A DNA stretch of 64,000 bases from Hydrolagus affinis (taxonomy: Eukaryota). The notes under the pieces are model-generated. The model was not told where the DNA came from and did no database searches. It worked only from the letters and a program-made list of their open reading frames with translations. The stretch covers positions 1-64,000 of the forward strand of contig JAAILG010000131.1 of NCBI GenBank assembly GCA_012026655.1, read 5' to 3'. The translations under genes were made by a program, and so were the position numbers. Below, one piece after another: positions 63,071-64,000 of the stretch (position 1 is its first letter; every line of letters begins with the position of its first letter).

Positions 63071-64000
63071 ATATTGTTACTGGTTTTAATACTTTTTCAT
63101 TCACAAGCATTCTGAAGATGCCATTCACGGTGCATGTACAGACAGCCATGTAATGAATCATAATGGTCAACTTGACCAGAAGCATTCTCAAATTGGTGCT
63201 CTGACCAATCTTTCCTGAGTTGTTAGCTCACAATATATTCATTTCATTCAATATCTCATTAATTAGTGCATAGTATCCACTCCATTCAAGGCAAAGAGAA
63301 GTTTCCGTGAGTAATTATAATAATAATCCTTGCAATTTGATATGGCGCTTTATCACATCATTGAGACATCACAAAGTGTTTCATACAATATACTGTGAAG
63401 TAAGTTGACTATATTTTGTGGGCCAAATGTGTCAGCCAATTGCACACAGCAGTGTCCCACAAACAGATTGTCATGGATTGAGTGACCAAATACAGTATTT
63501 ATTGTTGGTGTACAACAAACATTTATGTATTACATTTATGTAAAAACATTTTGAAGGGAACATTATTGCCTCCACCAATTGACAACATCTGCTTTACTAC
63601 TTAGATAAACAGATACTTGTAGAGTAAGGAATATGCAGAACGCATATGTGCGTCTCAGTCTAACTTAGACACTCTTAAGCATAATGATGGCATTTTGCAC
63701 GCCAGACAGCCAGCAAGCAAAACAAATACTGTGAAAATGCCAAACCATTGTTGATGCACACTGATTCCCATCTGCATTTATCTTAAAAATAATATATTTA
63801 AACAGTTTTCAACCCAAATACACTATTTATTTGGATTATTTGACCCTCAGGTCCAATACACTGATTATCCAGTTTCTTGGGATGTCCTACCTTTGTGAAA
63901 GGCACTATACAAATGTAATTGAGTTGTCGTTATAGAAGATTCAACTTGTTGGATGGACTTACATGCCACTTGGTGTTGCATTGAGTGTCAGTCTGTGTAC

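Overview
This is eukaryotic, AT-rich, repeat-dense non-coding DNA (a large intron or an intergenic region). The repeat inventory suggests a cartilaginous fish, most likely a chimaera such as Callorhinchus; this is inferred from remembered consensus sequences, not from a search. There is no intact recognisable protein-coding gene, RNA gene or CRISPR array, and nearly all ORF-track entries are chance ORFs or decayed L2/CR1 reverse-transcriptase remnants. The window is a nested mosaic of two tRNA-headed SINE families (one Deu-domain, one CORE-like) sharing an L2-type 3' tail, at least two L2 tail types, CR1 fragments, and hAT, Tigger-like and palindromic MITEs. It also holds a Penelope-type inverted repeat with a decayed hammerhead ribozyme core. 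The observations most worth follow-up are: (1) four 40-125 bp segments duplicated from nearby unique DNA, each lodged inside or at the junction of a retroelement; (2) four minus-strand exon-like segments whose splice phases keep one frame open; (3) two enhancer-like motif clusters. I cannot support a new multi-gene system here. Repeat boundaries are read by eye and approximate unless a TSD or TIR is quoted.
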